Below are positions 26,295 through 39,400 of a stretch of 64,000 nt of DNA, one piece after another (the stretch's first letter is position 1; each line of letters begins with the position of its first letter). The notes beneath the pieces were generated by a model. The model had not been told where the DNA came from and did no database searches. It worked only from the letters and a program-made list of their open reading frames with translations. The DNA is taken from assembly GCF_009834535.1 (NCBI RefSeq), contig NC_045697.1:54872001-54936000 (forward strand). Direction: 5' to 3'. Source of the DNA: Camelus ferus. Lineage: Eukaryota. The position numbers were made by a program, and so were the translations under genes.

Positions 26295-26500
26295 GAGTGG
26301 TAATAAAGAGCATGACAGCAGGAGTCCTTCTGACTGGGTTAAAATCTTGTTTTTACCACTTACCCTTGGCAAATTCTTTGACTACACTAAGCATCAGTTT
26401 CTTCATTTATAAAATGGACATTAAAATAAGAACTTGCCCCATAGGTTTTTTGTGGGGATTAAATAATGCAATTCATATAAAGTCTTTAGCATGGCTTCTG
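26295..26500 (+). mobile_element. MIR SINE
   Basis: AGTGGTAATAAAGAGCATG...CTAAGCATCAGTTTCTTCATTTATAAAATGG...GGGATTAAATAA. Confidence 0.7.
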
Positions 26501-29119
26501 GAAGGGTTATCATGTCCTCAATACATGATAACCTTTATTTCTATGATTATTTATATCTTAAATTATTTTAAAATTTTCCAAGTCCCACTGACTCTCTGCT
26601 GTAATATTTTAAATGTCTCCAACCACAGAAAAGAAACTTTAAAATGAAAGACAACATTGAAGATGAAGACAGTCCTAAAAATTAACACAAATTCTTAAAA
26701 GCTGAGCCTGATTTTATACTATTTATATCCTTGGACTACTAAAGCTATACTCACAGTAATTATTACATTTTGGCACACTCTGTGGGCCCTACTTAAGATA
26801 AAGAGATTTTCTAAATCATTAGATTGAATATTTAGACACAGTCTAATAAGGTAGGAGTACAGTGTTGCCAAATCATTTATCAAATAAATATCTTTACTAT
26901 ATGCCCTAAAACGTGGCACAATCCTGCCAAAACAGAAATTCCTTTTATTATGGACTACAGAGAGAAATACTGCTCTGCTAGATCGTGACATACCCTTATC
27001 TGTAGGAGAGCATTCTCTCCTTTGTAATTAAAGACACTACTAATTGAGTGGCCTTCATGCCAGTCATCCTGGTTGAAACTAGAATATGGTTAGGGAAATA
27101 ATCACTGGCATATTGGTTTCTGCAAAACTATATCAGAAGCATGGCATGTGATTCATTATTCTGTGAAAGGAGCATCTTAAAAGAGCTCTATGTGGAAATC
27201 AACTGCCTATCAGAGAAATCAGGGAAAATGGTGTTTTGGGGGAATCAGAAGCTGTTTCCTCATCAGATTTGGCTTTCATGCCTTGCACTTGAGAACTCTC
27301 GTACTGGAAGTCGTGCAGAACGTGGAGAGACAAGAACAAAATTGTAGGTCCCACTGGGCAGTTCTTTTTTATAACCATTTCATCAGTGATAATTTAGGGC
27401 TCTGTTCCCTTCAGCGTTCAGCGATCTAAATGTTATAGGCCATGGCAGTACTATTCATGGGGCTAGTGGAAACTTACTTTACCTAATCTTGACTTATGCC
27501 CCTGAATTTGTAAAGAACTGGCCTTCACTCTGCTGAATCCCCTCATGCTTCCTTTGGTGCTCATGCATGAAAGTCTGAACTCCAGCTAAATTCCCCCTGT
27601 GGCCATATAGTATATGGAACATCTGACTCTTACTTTCAGAAAAGTGGGATACCAAAATAATAGTGAAGCAAATAGAATCCTTTTCCGAAAGTCACATTAA
27701 ATGTTCAGAGCAAAGGGAAAGATAATTATTTTTTGAAGTCAATTTAATTTCAGAGGACTGCTCTTTATGTTTGATTTTGACCTGTATTTTCAGATGATAT
27801 GGACCAGTTGTTGGGATTCATTCCAAGTTCATAAAAATGAAGGTGAAGTATTGGAAGTCACTGAAAAGCACAGGAGGCAAGAATAGGAGAAAGGCTAAGA
27901 TGGAGATTTGTTACTGGATCATTAAAAAGTGCTTAACTGAACCTTCCCATGGAAGGTTTCCTAAGGGTCAGAACTCAGTGCGGAGGAGGCCTGAGATTCT
28001 GATAGGCACTTACTGTGCTTCCTTGAGGAAGAAAGGCAGCGTGCTTTATATTGGATGAATCCTTGGGTAGAGACCTTGATATTGGGTATTATTTGGAGTT
28101 CTAAAAGGGAAAGGGGCCTTGGATATTTTAATATCTAATTATAAGAAGTTAAACAAAAGGGAATTAGAGGGCATGAGTAATGATGTATATACATGCACAC
28201 ATACCATTTAAATCCTGTACATATCGCTACCGGTGGTGTCCCACGGAAGTCTCCACTAGAAACCTTGGAGTCAAATCTAACCATGTATTTGTTTTCATAT
28301 TCTTTTTCATTAAAGGTTATTACAAGATATTACACTGAAAGTGAAAAGTAGCATCTACACTATTCTCTGCTCTGCTTAAATCCCATTTGTATAAAATTTG
28401 TATAAAATCCTGCTTGCTTGCCTGTTACGATACATGTAATTTGAAAGAAACTTGTTCCTCTGTATCTCAAATAGGGCCAGAAACCTTTTTAATTGGATTT
28501 CAACCTTGGCTTGTAATTTCTGCTCCAAGGAAAGTAATAATGTAGTCACAGTACCCTTTGACCTTTTCTAGAAGTATTGCCTTGTTCTTTTCGGGACCCT
28601 AAGAAACCCTCTGTGACTCACCCTAAGAACTAATGAATCACACCAGCTGTGGGAACAGATGAAACTGGGCAATTGAAAATTCCCACTTTTGAGTAGAAGG
28701 CTGTAAGCAGTGCAGTGTTTGGATCTGATATTGCTTAATAGGGGGAAGGGCCTAGGGAATCTAATGACTCTTTATCTGCTATTATTGTGGTTGTTGCTGT
28801 TATTGTTGTTGCTTGTTGCCGTTGTTATTTGTCTTATTTCTCAATTTGGCAGGTCTGCCATAAAGCCATAAGGAAAGGCTTTTCTGTGAAATTATGTTCA
28901 AGTGACAAAAGGAGAGAAAAACTTTACAGACAGAGCTCAGTCAGAGCAGATGGGAAAACCAAGAGACAATAGAAAGCATGATGTGCTCAAGAAATGGAAA
29001 GAAACCTCATCTAGTTGGCATGTTTGGAGCAAGGAAGAAATTAGTGGGGGTTGAGACTAGAGATGGAATTGGAAACCAGATCCTTAATGGTCTTGGAGAT
29101 CATGTTCAAGATTTGAACT

Positions 29120-29442
29120 TCTGACTTTTGTATACACTGCAGTGTGCTCACTGCCAGAAGTTGTTTTCATCCATCATCACACAGTTGACCCCCTTTACTC
29201 ATTCTCCCAATCTCCTTCCCGTCAGCTAACCACTACTCTGTTCTCTATATCTGTGTATTTCTTTTTGTTTGGTTTGTTCATTTGTTTATTTGCCTGTTTT
29301 ATAAATTCCCCATGAGTGAAATCATGCAGTATTCGTCTTTCTCCATCGAACTTATTTCCCTTAGCATAGTACTCTCAAGGTCCATCCATGTTGTTGCAGA
29401 TGGTCAGATTTCATCTTTTTATGGCTGAGTAGTATTCCATAG
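29120..29442 (-). mobile_element. L1 3' end fragment (L1MA-like)
   Basis: ATGAGTGAAATCATGCAGTATT...CAAGGTCCATCCATGTTGTTGCA...TTTATGGCTGAGTAGTATTCCAT (MEYYSAIKR on the minus strand). Confidence 0.8.
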
Positions 29443-30534
29443 TAGTAGTAGTGTAAAAACCTGCTGTCTCTATATAAGTGACAGGTTTTAAGTGTTGGTA
29501 AATAACAGAGTGACTAGAGGTTGTGTACAACCTGAAGTAGATAGATGAATGCTGTCCTAAAGATTGAAGATGAGGAATGTGGTTTGATAGAATGAATAGG
29601 AATCTGTAACTAAAATGAGAGTTAGTGATGTGTCCATTGTGGTGAGTCTTCAGACTTGAGGCTAGGAGTTTTGTTTGAAGTTTAGAGCCACTTGACCTGT
29701 CTGCTGGTGCTGCTAAATCCAAGTCAGTTGTGCTCAACACAGCACACACTCCAGAAAAGGAAGAAGAGAGCTGGTTTTCTTGTGAAACTTAAACTTTTTC
29801 TATCACTTAAGGTGTAAGATATGGAGAAACATTTTATGAATTGTATAGCTTTGGGATTCTTTGTTTGGAACTCTTCATTCCAAGTGCTATAAATGGAATT
29901 TCACTAATAAAATTTCACTTCTTAAGACCACCTTGTTTTGGAGATCTGTGAGTTAGGGTTTAACTAAAAACTCTAGAGAACACTTTTATTTTTTTTTCCA
30001 GTTTATGAATGATTTTTGATATAATCACCAATTAAATAATTCACTTCATTCAGTCCCCCCAGTACATTCATAAATGCACATGCAAGCCCAAAGGCAAGTG
30101 AGCTTTTCCCACCGTGGACGCAGAATATGCATGTGGCTGAGGATTCTCCAAGTCGATTTGTAGTTACCCCAAGTCTCCATTTTGGCCCAACTCTCTCCCT
30201 GTGCCTGTGGCCCCAAGCAAACTCTTCTCCTGAACATTACTTTTGTCCTCTTAGAAGTGGGAGTCAGAAGCAATATTTGAGGCAGATTTTGTAAACCTTG
30301 GGGGAATAAGACCTTTGTGTGAGGCAGGCGTGGCTGTCAAGGCTCCCTGGAGAAAGAGAACATTCAGCAGTCAGCCCTGCTTGGGCTGAACCTGCATCCT
30401 CCACCCCATCTGCTGCCCCCTATGCAGCCTCCAGCATGTGTGTGTGGAGGGGTGGGGGGTGGGCAGCAGCTCTTCTCTGTGCTCTCCCTCAATTGCTTAC
30501 CCTGTTTATTAAGCACTTCTTCTTTTTTTTTTTG

Positions 30535-30762
30535 TAATGACCTGTGTGTCTATCCCTGCACCAGTACCACACTGTTCTGATTACTGTAGTTATAGTATAA
30601 GCCTCAGACTGATTCTTCCCACTTTATTCTTCTTTTTCAAAATTATTTTAGTTATTTTACTTTCTTTGCTTTTCTGTATAATTTTTGGAATAATCTTGTC
30701 TATACCTACAAAAAGCCCTACTGGGATTTTGATAGGAATTGCTTTAAACCTATACATCAATA
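30535..30762 (-). mobile_element. L1 ORF2 internal fragment
   Basis: CCAGTACCACACTGTTCTGATTACTGTAG...GGGATTTTGATAGGAATTGCTTTAAACCTATACATCAAT. Confidence 0.75.
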
Positions 30763-32479
30763 ATCAACTGACACACAGCTATCTTCCAATTACAGAAATC
30801 CTTTCTAAAGACAGAACTGCTCTTCAGTCTCTTTAGTCATGACAAGAACCTATCTAGGATATGAATAATTTTCTCCTTAGCTGTTTTATAAGAATTGGTA
30901 TTCTAGAATGGGCTCCAAAATTAAATTGAAAGAAATAGGTAAGAAGAAAATGGAATTTTCTCTAGTTTGCCAGGTTCTCAGAGCTGATCTCATTTCTGAA
31001 ATGTCTGCCTTAGTGCCAATTTGTCAGATTCTCCCAGCTCCCAATCCAGTGATAGACAGGGATAGCACATTTGAAGTATAAAGCATTAATGTTTGCAAAG
31101 GGAGGTATTGGAAAGGCAGCACTTCTTGGATTTTTTCACAAGAACAGCTTAATTACATCTTTTATTTAATTTTCTGTAATTCTAGATGTAAAGTGGAGGG
31201 AGCTAGTACATTTTGTAAGGCCATGTTCTTGCTTCAGTGATATAATGATGAACCATGCTGAAATAATGGTAGGTTCCACTTCATTACACCACTGTTTGCC
31301 ATTTTTAGCATTCTGCAGAAAATATATGAGACATGTGGCATTTGAGAGAAAAATTCACTGCATCCTTATCTGACTTCCAAAATCCCTTTGAGGCAATTGT
31401 GTGATGGCCTTAACCATGAACCTGTTGGTTGAATTTTAATTTTAATAGGAATCAATGAAATTTTGATTTTATTACTTAACACTGTCAAAAAATTTTTATT
31501 AATTACTAATTATTTGTATTTAGTGTATGAATGCTTTGCATTTATAATCATAAAGTGTAATAAATAGTAGTCAGTTATGCACAACAAATACCTTTTCAGA
31601 TATAATGCTTATAATAAAAGCTAGTGCATACCTACGGCAGTTTATAATCCATAATGGAGCATGCACAATAAAATTATGAAATTACATCACTTAATGGTTT
31701 TATTAACTAGCAGCTTCTTTAAAAATTGAAAAAGTCATTTATATTCATGGAAGAAAGTTCAAGCAGTGGAAAGGTGATACAATGAAAGTAATTCTTCTCT
31801 CTTCTAGACCCCTCCAGCACCCAGTTCTCTAGTGTGGAGGGATAGCTATAGGTCCAACTGCTTTTTACAGTTTTTATGTGATAAAAAATAGTTTAAAACC
31901 TCACTAACTCACACTAACTGAAAGGAAGGTCACTACAACTTGATGTAAAATCTGAATTATAGTATATTTCACAAGAAATATGGCTTTACAACTTGGGGCT
32001 ATAATGAGTAACTGCTGTCTGAGAAAGGGGAGGATGGAGAAGAGCATTTATTTTAAACTGTCCATTTGTTCTTTTCAAACAGATTTTACCCATATTAATT
32101 CTTTTACTGTAAAGCTATTGATACTCTCTGCTTTAAAAATAGTTTTCTGCCCTGCACAGTTAAATATGCTATGCATTTACCATGTTTACAGTGTTCTTTG
32201 CTTATCAAATTCTATTTTCCAGAAAGTACAAAAATAAATTCTAGCTCAGCAGCCTGAATTGTATTCATGCCCCTTCATATATCAAACATTTCAAACTACT
32301 GAACTTATATAGAAGCCTTGCTTGTTTCTTTTGAGGACTGCATATGTTACTTTTGAAAATACTCATGGAAACTTGAAGACTTCATATGTAATTCTTTTGA
32401 AAGATTAGCATATGTTTTTGAGTATAGTATTTTATCCCAGCAACCCCCTTTGAGTCTCATATGGCAAGCATTAGGATGT

Positions 32480-35400
32480 TAATCTCTAAGGCAGTTGTTC
32501 TTAGGGAACATTACTGAGTGATTATGATATGAAAAAGACATTAATAAAGAGGAATGAATCTTGATGGAGAGGTATAAGTACAGAAGGAGGAAGATGTAAG
32601 ACAAGCTATAGAAATAAAATTTTACAACCCAGTGGCAAAAAGGACTAGGGGAGGGAGCCATGGAAGTATACTGTTACTGAGTTCTTACATGATTCAAAAT
32701 AATGCAATGTTATTTGAAAGTAGACTGTGATAAGTTAAAGATGCAAGTATAAACCCGAGAGCAATCATTAAACATAAAATAAGACAGTATATATAATAAT
32801 GTAACAGTGAAGATAAAACGTATTGAAAGAAACCTTAATTAATAAAATGAAGTGAGAAAATACAAAAAAGGGAACAAAGAACAGATGGCCTAAACAGAAC
32901 CACAGTAAGATGGTAGACTTAAACTCAACTATATTGAAAATTATATTAAACATAAGCCATCTAAATACTCCAATTGAAAGTCAGGGATGATCAAACTGGA
33001 TTAAAAAATAACTGCATACTTTTTATCAAAAAATGCACTTTTTATGTAGACACAGATAAGTAAAAGTAAATAATGGAAAAGTTACATTGTGCAAACCCTC
33101 ATCATTAAGAAAACTGAAATGTCTGTGTTAATAATAGATAAAATAGACTTAAAGCACAAAAATATTTCTTTTTTTTTTTTTTTTTCCTTCTCCAATGGAT
33201 TTATTTTCTTTAAAGGAATAGATTTTGAAGAGAAGAACATGGGGCAGAGAGGTATGCAATAGAAAATAAATACAAATGTAAGCTGTTTTGCTAATTGCTT
33301 TATAGCCACAACAAATTAGTAGAGAATGCCCTGTACACAACAACACAATAAAGGTTCAAAGATTGAGGTGTTGCCTTAGGCAAGGCTGAAGATTTCAGTC
33401 TCTGGTATTTGGAATTTAGGCTACAGTCCTTGGTTTTGGATGGATCACTGGGTGTGTGGCACAGTCCATGCTTTTAACCAGATTTGAACAGAAGAATGGC
33501 TACTTGGCCCAGGTAGAAGTAGATGAAGTGTTTGGTTTCACGTGTCACCTAACTACCGAAGTTCCTCCCCACAGTGCAGTGCCAGGTAGAGTTGTACTCC
33601 TTGTCAAACTCCTTCTTGATATGGGCCTCAATGTCCTCTTTATTATACTTCTCCAGTGCCTGAGTAGCACACTCCATGTAGTCCTGTTGCATCTCCTCGG
33701 ACATACCGGCATTTTTGATCACGGCCTTTCGGTCACACGTGGTTACCAAGGAGCAGGGCCTGGCCGACCACAACGGTCTCCTGGGGGAGGGGTTGGGGAG
33801 GTTCAGACCCGACAAGAGCAGCGATCGCTAGTGAAGCCACAGTGCATCTCACAAAAATATTTCTAATGTTCTTTAATAGCAATGAAAAGTCAATTTATCA
33901 AGAAGATAAACTTAGGAGAATTTTGAAATGCATGGAACAAAAACTAAAGGAGTGAAATAAGAAATAGATAAATCCACAATTATAGTTGTAGATTGCAGTA
34001 CCATCCTTTGAGTAATCAATAGAATAGGAAGACAGAAAATCACTAAGGAGACAGGGTATTTGAACAATACTACAAGAAACTCGACTTAATTGATAGTTGT
34101 GGAATACTGTACCTGACAACAGCAGAATACATATTTTTTTCAAGTGCACTTGGAATATTCACTAAAATAAACTATATACTAAGCATAACAGGATTATTAA
34201 CATACTTAAAATATTTGAAGTTATATGCAGTATGTCCTTCGAGCACAAAGGATTATTATTTAATAATGAACAGGAACTTTCTTCATATTTATAAAAATCC
34301 CCAAATAGAAAAAAAAATCAAAAAGAAAATTAGGGAATCTTTTGAACTGAATGGTAATGAAAACACAATATAAGGTTTTTCATTAAGCCAAAGTAGTGCT
34401 TAGTGGCAATTTAAGCTTTAAATTTGTGTATTAAACAAGGAAAAATGCCTAAAATTAATGTCTTAAAGAAGGAAATAATAAATAAAGGAAATCAGTGAAA
34501 TAGAAAAAAATCTATAACATTGAAACTTGTATTTTTTTTGGAAATCATTAATGAATTTGATAATCTAGTTAGACTTATCAGGGAAAAAATTAGAGAACAC
34601 ACAAATGGCCAACATCAGAAATGAAAAAGGAGACATCAAATCCTACAGACATTAAAACAACAATTAAGGAATATTATGAACAATGTTATGCCACTAAATT
34701 TGACAAATTAGATGTAACAGACAAATTCCAAAACTTGTACAATAAGAAATGGGAAATCTAAATAGCTCTATATCCATTAAAGACATTGAATTAATAATTA
34801 ATACATTTCTCACAGTCTGAATGGCTTCTCTGGTGACTTCTACTAAGCATGTATGGAAAAATAAATACCGTTACAACACAAATGTTTTTTAAAAATTCAG
34901 GAGAAGAGAACACTGTCTGAACTCATTTTTTTTTGAGGCTAAAATTATCCTGATACTAAAACCAGACTGATACTTTACAAACAAATGAACAAAAATACAG
35001 GAGAAAAATCTCTCGTGAACGTAAGAGGAAAAAAATATCCTTAACAAAATCACATCAAATGACATATGAAAAGGAAATACATCATGACAAGTTGGGATTT
35101 TCCTGGGAACGCAAGATTGTTTAAACATTTGAAGATTAGTAACTGTAATTCACTATTTTAATAGAAAAAGGAAAATTAACAATATAACCCTCTAAAAATG
35201 TAGAAGCATTCAACAAAATTAAATAGCCATTTATTTATGAAAAAAAAAATCTCAACGAAGTAGGAATAGAAGTAAACTTTCTCAGTCTGATAAAGGACAT
35301 TTATAAATACCCTAAAGTGACAGTTATTAATGCTGATACTTTCCCCCTAAAATTGGAAACAAGATAAGGGTATCTTTTTTAACACTTCTGTTTAGCATTG

Positions 35401-37330
35401 TAGTAGCTGCTCTAGCCAGTGTAATAATATAAAGAGAAATTTAAAAAGGCAAACAGATTTAATAGAAGTAAAACTATTTTTATTCACAGAGAGCATGTTT
35501 GTTGTATATGCAAAATCCCAAGGAATCTACAACAAAACTAGTAGAGCTAATAAGTGAATTCACATCGGGTGCAGGATACACGATTGGTATACAAACAAAC
35601 AAACAAACAAACAAAAAAACCCAACAATTTTATTACTATGCATATGCAACAAACAATTGAAAACGAATAAAAATACCATTTACAAGGGTATCAAAACATA
35701 AAATATTTGGGGATAAACTTTAAAAAATATGTAAATCATATATATTGAAAACTACAATACGTTATTGATAGAAATTAAAGATGTAAGTAAATGGAAAGAT
35801 ATACTATGTCCATGAATTAAGAGACAACATTTTAAAATATAAATTGTTCCCACATTTAGATATATGCACAAAACAATCCTAGTCAGAGTATCAGTAGAGT
35901 ATTTTTTTTTTTATGGTGGTAGAAATTAGCAACCAGTTTTTAAAATTTAAGAGGCTATACAAAAGCTAAAACAATCATGAAAAAGAAGAACTAGAGAAAT
36001 TTGGAGAATGTACACTACTTCAAGAGTTACAAACCACGGAAATCAAGACAGTGTAATACGAGTATAAGAAAAGACATATAGATCAATGACCAGATCGAGT
36101 GCCCATAAAAATATAGAGACACAAATATGGTTAAGTGATATTTAACTAGAGTGTCAGGAAACTCAGTAGGGAAAGGACAGTCTTCGAAGGAAATGGTATT
36201 GGAAAAACTAGATATCCATATAGAAAAATGAACCATTACTCTTGTTTCACATATTATATACTTAGGTAAAACAAAACCTATAATTCTAGAAGAAAATATA
36301 GAATTAAGTCTTCTTGATCTTTTCTTAGGACACAAAAACATGAATTATCAATTATAAAAATTAACAAACCTATTCTTTAGAAGACTTACATAAATGAAAT
36401 GGCAAGCTACAGGTTGCAAGACAATATTTGCATTACATGCATCTGAAAAATGAATTGGTATGTAGAATATATAATGAACTCTTACAATTCAATAACAAAT
36501 AACCCAGTATAGAAAGTGCAAAAGATTTGAACAAATAATCAGGAGGTGTATAAATGGTTGGTAAGCTCTTGTAAAGATGCTCAACATCCTTAATAGTCAG
36601 GGAAATAGAAATTAAAACTACAGTGAGATCCTATTGCATACCCGTTAGAATGGCTAAAATTAAGAAGACTGAAAAAGACAAAATGTTGTTGAAGATGTGT
36701 AGCAACTGGAACTCTCATACATTACTAAGAGGAGTATAAAATGTTACAACCACTTTGAGAAACTATTTGAGAGCTCTTGTAATATTAAAAATGGAAATTC
36801 TATATAATGTAGCAATTCTACTAATATGTTTTTACTCAAGAACAATTAGACATTTGTCCACAAAAAACTTGTATAAGAATGTTCATGGAGACTTTATTTC
36901 TAATAGCTAAAAACCTGGAAATGACTTCAACATCCATCAATAAGTGAATGAAGAAACAAATTGTAGTGTATCTATACAAGGAAAACTAATCATCAGTAAA
37001 AGGAATAAGCTATTGATACAAGTAACACTGTGGAGAAATCACTACAATACCACTCTAAGTAAATGGAAACAAGATATAAAAGCAGGCATACTTTATGATT
37101 CTATTCATGAGAAGCTCTAGAACAGGTAAAGGTAAATTACAGTGTCAGTGAACGTATCAGTAGTTCCCTGTAGCTGAGGTGGGGTAGGTTTAGGGAGGGG
37201 GCTTATCTGCAAAGAGGCATGAGGAAATATTTTGAAGTGATGGAAATATCATATATCTTAATTGTGGTAGTGGTTATATTTGCCACAACTTTTTGAAATA
37301 TAAATAACAATAATGGATGTATGTTAACTA
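32480..37330 (+). mobile_element. Old, heavily decayed L1 (spacer, ORF2 and 3' UTR; L1M-type), interrupted by the DYNLL1 retrocopy
   Basis: Colinear degenerate ORF2 landmarks: ACATATTTTTTCAAGTGCACTTGGAATATTC (endonuclease), CATCATGACAAGTTGGGATTTTCCTGGG (HHDQVGF), ATCCCAAGGAATCTACA, CCCGTTAGAATGGCTAAAAT; then an L1 3' UTR. Confidence 0.85.
33170..33849 (-). pseudogene. DYNLL1: Processed pseudogene of dynein light chain LC8-type 1
   Basis: Intronless CDS 33740-33474: (T)[19 protein letters not shown]...[35 protein letters not shown]. Start ATG>ACG, one codon deleted, premature TAG at 33549-33551. DYNLL1-like 5' and 3' UTRs, AATAAA at about 33199-33204, poly(A) at about 33169-33185, TSD CACAAAAATATTTCT at 33155-33169 and 33850-33864. 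Confidence 0.96.
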
Positions 37331-37344
37331 TTTGTATTTATACT

Positions 37345-37703
37345 GGATTATGGTGGGCCTAATCCAATGACTGGTGTCCTTACAAGAAGAGGGAAATTTG
37401 GACATAGAGACATGCACAGAAAGCAGACAGTGTGAGATGCCAGGAAGACAGCTGTGTGGAAGACAGAGGCAGAGATTGAAGTGACATATCTACAAGCAAA
37501 AGAATGCCATAGATTTCCTGCTGTCCCCTCAAAGCAAGGAAGAAGCAAGGGAGTCTCTTTCCCCAGAACTTTCCATGAGAGCACGACCCTTTCAAGACTT
37601 TGATGTCTGACTCCTAGCCTTCATATCTATAAGAGAATAAATTTATTTTATTAGAAGCCCCAGTTTGTAACACTTATTACAACAGCTCTAGGAAACTGAT
37701 GCA
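37345..37703 (+). mobile_element. MaLR LTR (MLT1C/D-like, partial)
   Basis: GGTGGGCCTAATCCAATGACTGGTGTCCTTACAAGAAGAGG...ACAACAGCTCTAGGAAACTGATGCA. Confidence 0.8.
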
Positions 37704-37769
37704 ATACTCAATATTTAAAGTGTGATGCAAGAAAATATGGTGCTGTGTAAGAACTAACATAATACTAGT

Positions 37770-39400
37770 TTGGATTCCTAGGGAAGATCTCTTAATGAAA
37801 TTATCTAGCTCAGATGGAGAGGTAAGTAGCAGTTAGTTAAGAGTAAGATGAGGGCAGTGAGGAAGAGAAAGGTACCCATGCAGAAAGAACAGCATTTACA
37901 AAGTTTCTGAGTCAGCAAAGATCTTGCCATGTTCCTAGACTTGGAGAGAAAGCAGTTTGCTGGAGACTGAGAAGGAAAGGGCAGAGATGAGATTGGAAAG
38001 AGGTCTTTTGGATTCAGAGAGTGCCTTTTAAGACACATTAAGGAGTTTATTATTTTTTAAAAATGTAGTGGAAAACCATTTTATGGTTTTGAACAAGAGA
38101 TTGATAGATCAAATTGGATTTGGTTTTCAATTGATCAGCCTAATTTCTCTATAAAGAAATCATAGAAATACAGGAGAATGAGCAAAAAAGAAAATCAGGA
38201 GGATTTAAGAGGATAACTACTGTAGTAATTAAAGTGACAGACATAACTGGCTTAAACTAGGGTGGAGAAATGTGACAGGCAGACTTATTTGAGAACATTT
38301 TGGAGATAGACTCACCAGGACTTGGTAATGGATTGGATGTGGGGGTGAAAGAGAGTGAGGTAATAAGAGCAACTCTCTGGTTTCTGGCACAATTAGATGG
38401 CTGAAAATGCAGTTTACCATGATGGAAAGACTGAGGGGGAAACAGGTTTGGCAGGAGATCAAAAGTTTTGTCTTGGGTTTTCTAAATATTAGATGCTTGT
38501 GAGATATCTAAGAGAATATGTGTCTAAGAAATAGTTGGATAGGTAAACCTAGAGTGTAGAAGCGAGGTCTGGGCTAGAGATACATGTTTCAAATTGTATA
38601 TATAGGTGATATTTTAAATCATGGAAGTGGATAAGAACATTTAAGGAAAGAGTGTATAGTGATTAAAAGCCTTACACTGAACCCTGAGGAATTCCAATCT
38701 CTTCAGAGGTTGGATAAGAAAAGTAGTCAACAAAAGTGGCTGAAAAGACCAGCCAGAAGGGTAGAAGGAATATCTGGAAAGGACAGTGCCAGTGGAAGCA
38801 AAATATTCGGAGTGTTAACAAATGAAAGAAAGCATATTCAACTATGTAAAAATAGTTGACATGCCAAGTTGACATACTCTTCACCAATATTCACTGTCCC
38901 TCCCTTTTAAAGTCTTGCATGGCAATAGACTTGCTTTTACCAGAAGTGACATGTCACTTCTCGCTAGCACATATGGCACTTACCTGTTTTCCTTCAGTTA
39001 TAACACAGCAATGTTCCAAGGAGAGGATGCTCCACCAGCATCAACTTGGCTTCTGCAGTGAAGGCACACCATAGCTGATCTGTGATGGACATATAACATG
39101 GGTAAAAAATCAGCTGTTGTAGTTGTTTGGGTCTTTTGTTACTAACGGAAAATCTAGCCTGTTTTGAATGATAAACCAAGGAAGGTACATGCAGAAAAGA
39201 AGACCCTGGATTTGGCAATATAGATATTTGGTAACATTTGAAAAAGCATTTTCAGCAGTGTGGTAGCTGTAGGTATTAATGTGAAATTACATGAAAAGTG
39301 AATGGAAGATGAGGAATTGGAGATAGTCTAAACACTGAAGCATCTTTGTAGAGTGAAGCAGAGAAATAGTGTGGATAAGCAGGGTGGGGAATATGAATAC
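37770..39400 (-). mobile_element. L2 LINE body with a nested old MLT1 LTR (about 38850-39175)
   Basis: Purine-rich antisense L2 motifs (AGGACTTGGTAATGGATTGGATGTGGGGG, GAGGTCTGGGCTAGAGATAC); MaLR-like insert ending TTTGTTACT...AATCTAGCCTG. Confidence 0.65.

Noticed and set aside
27770..28058. Possible host exon after TTTTCAG/ATG and the 73-aa ORF
   Set aside because: The acceptor looks plausible, but no frame matches a protein I recognise and the donor is weak.
33456..33866. 136-aa plus-strand ORF
   Set aside because: Antisense shadow of the DYNLL1 retrocopy, with a GTG start and no independent coding evidence.
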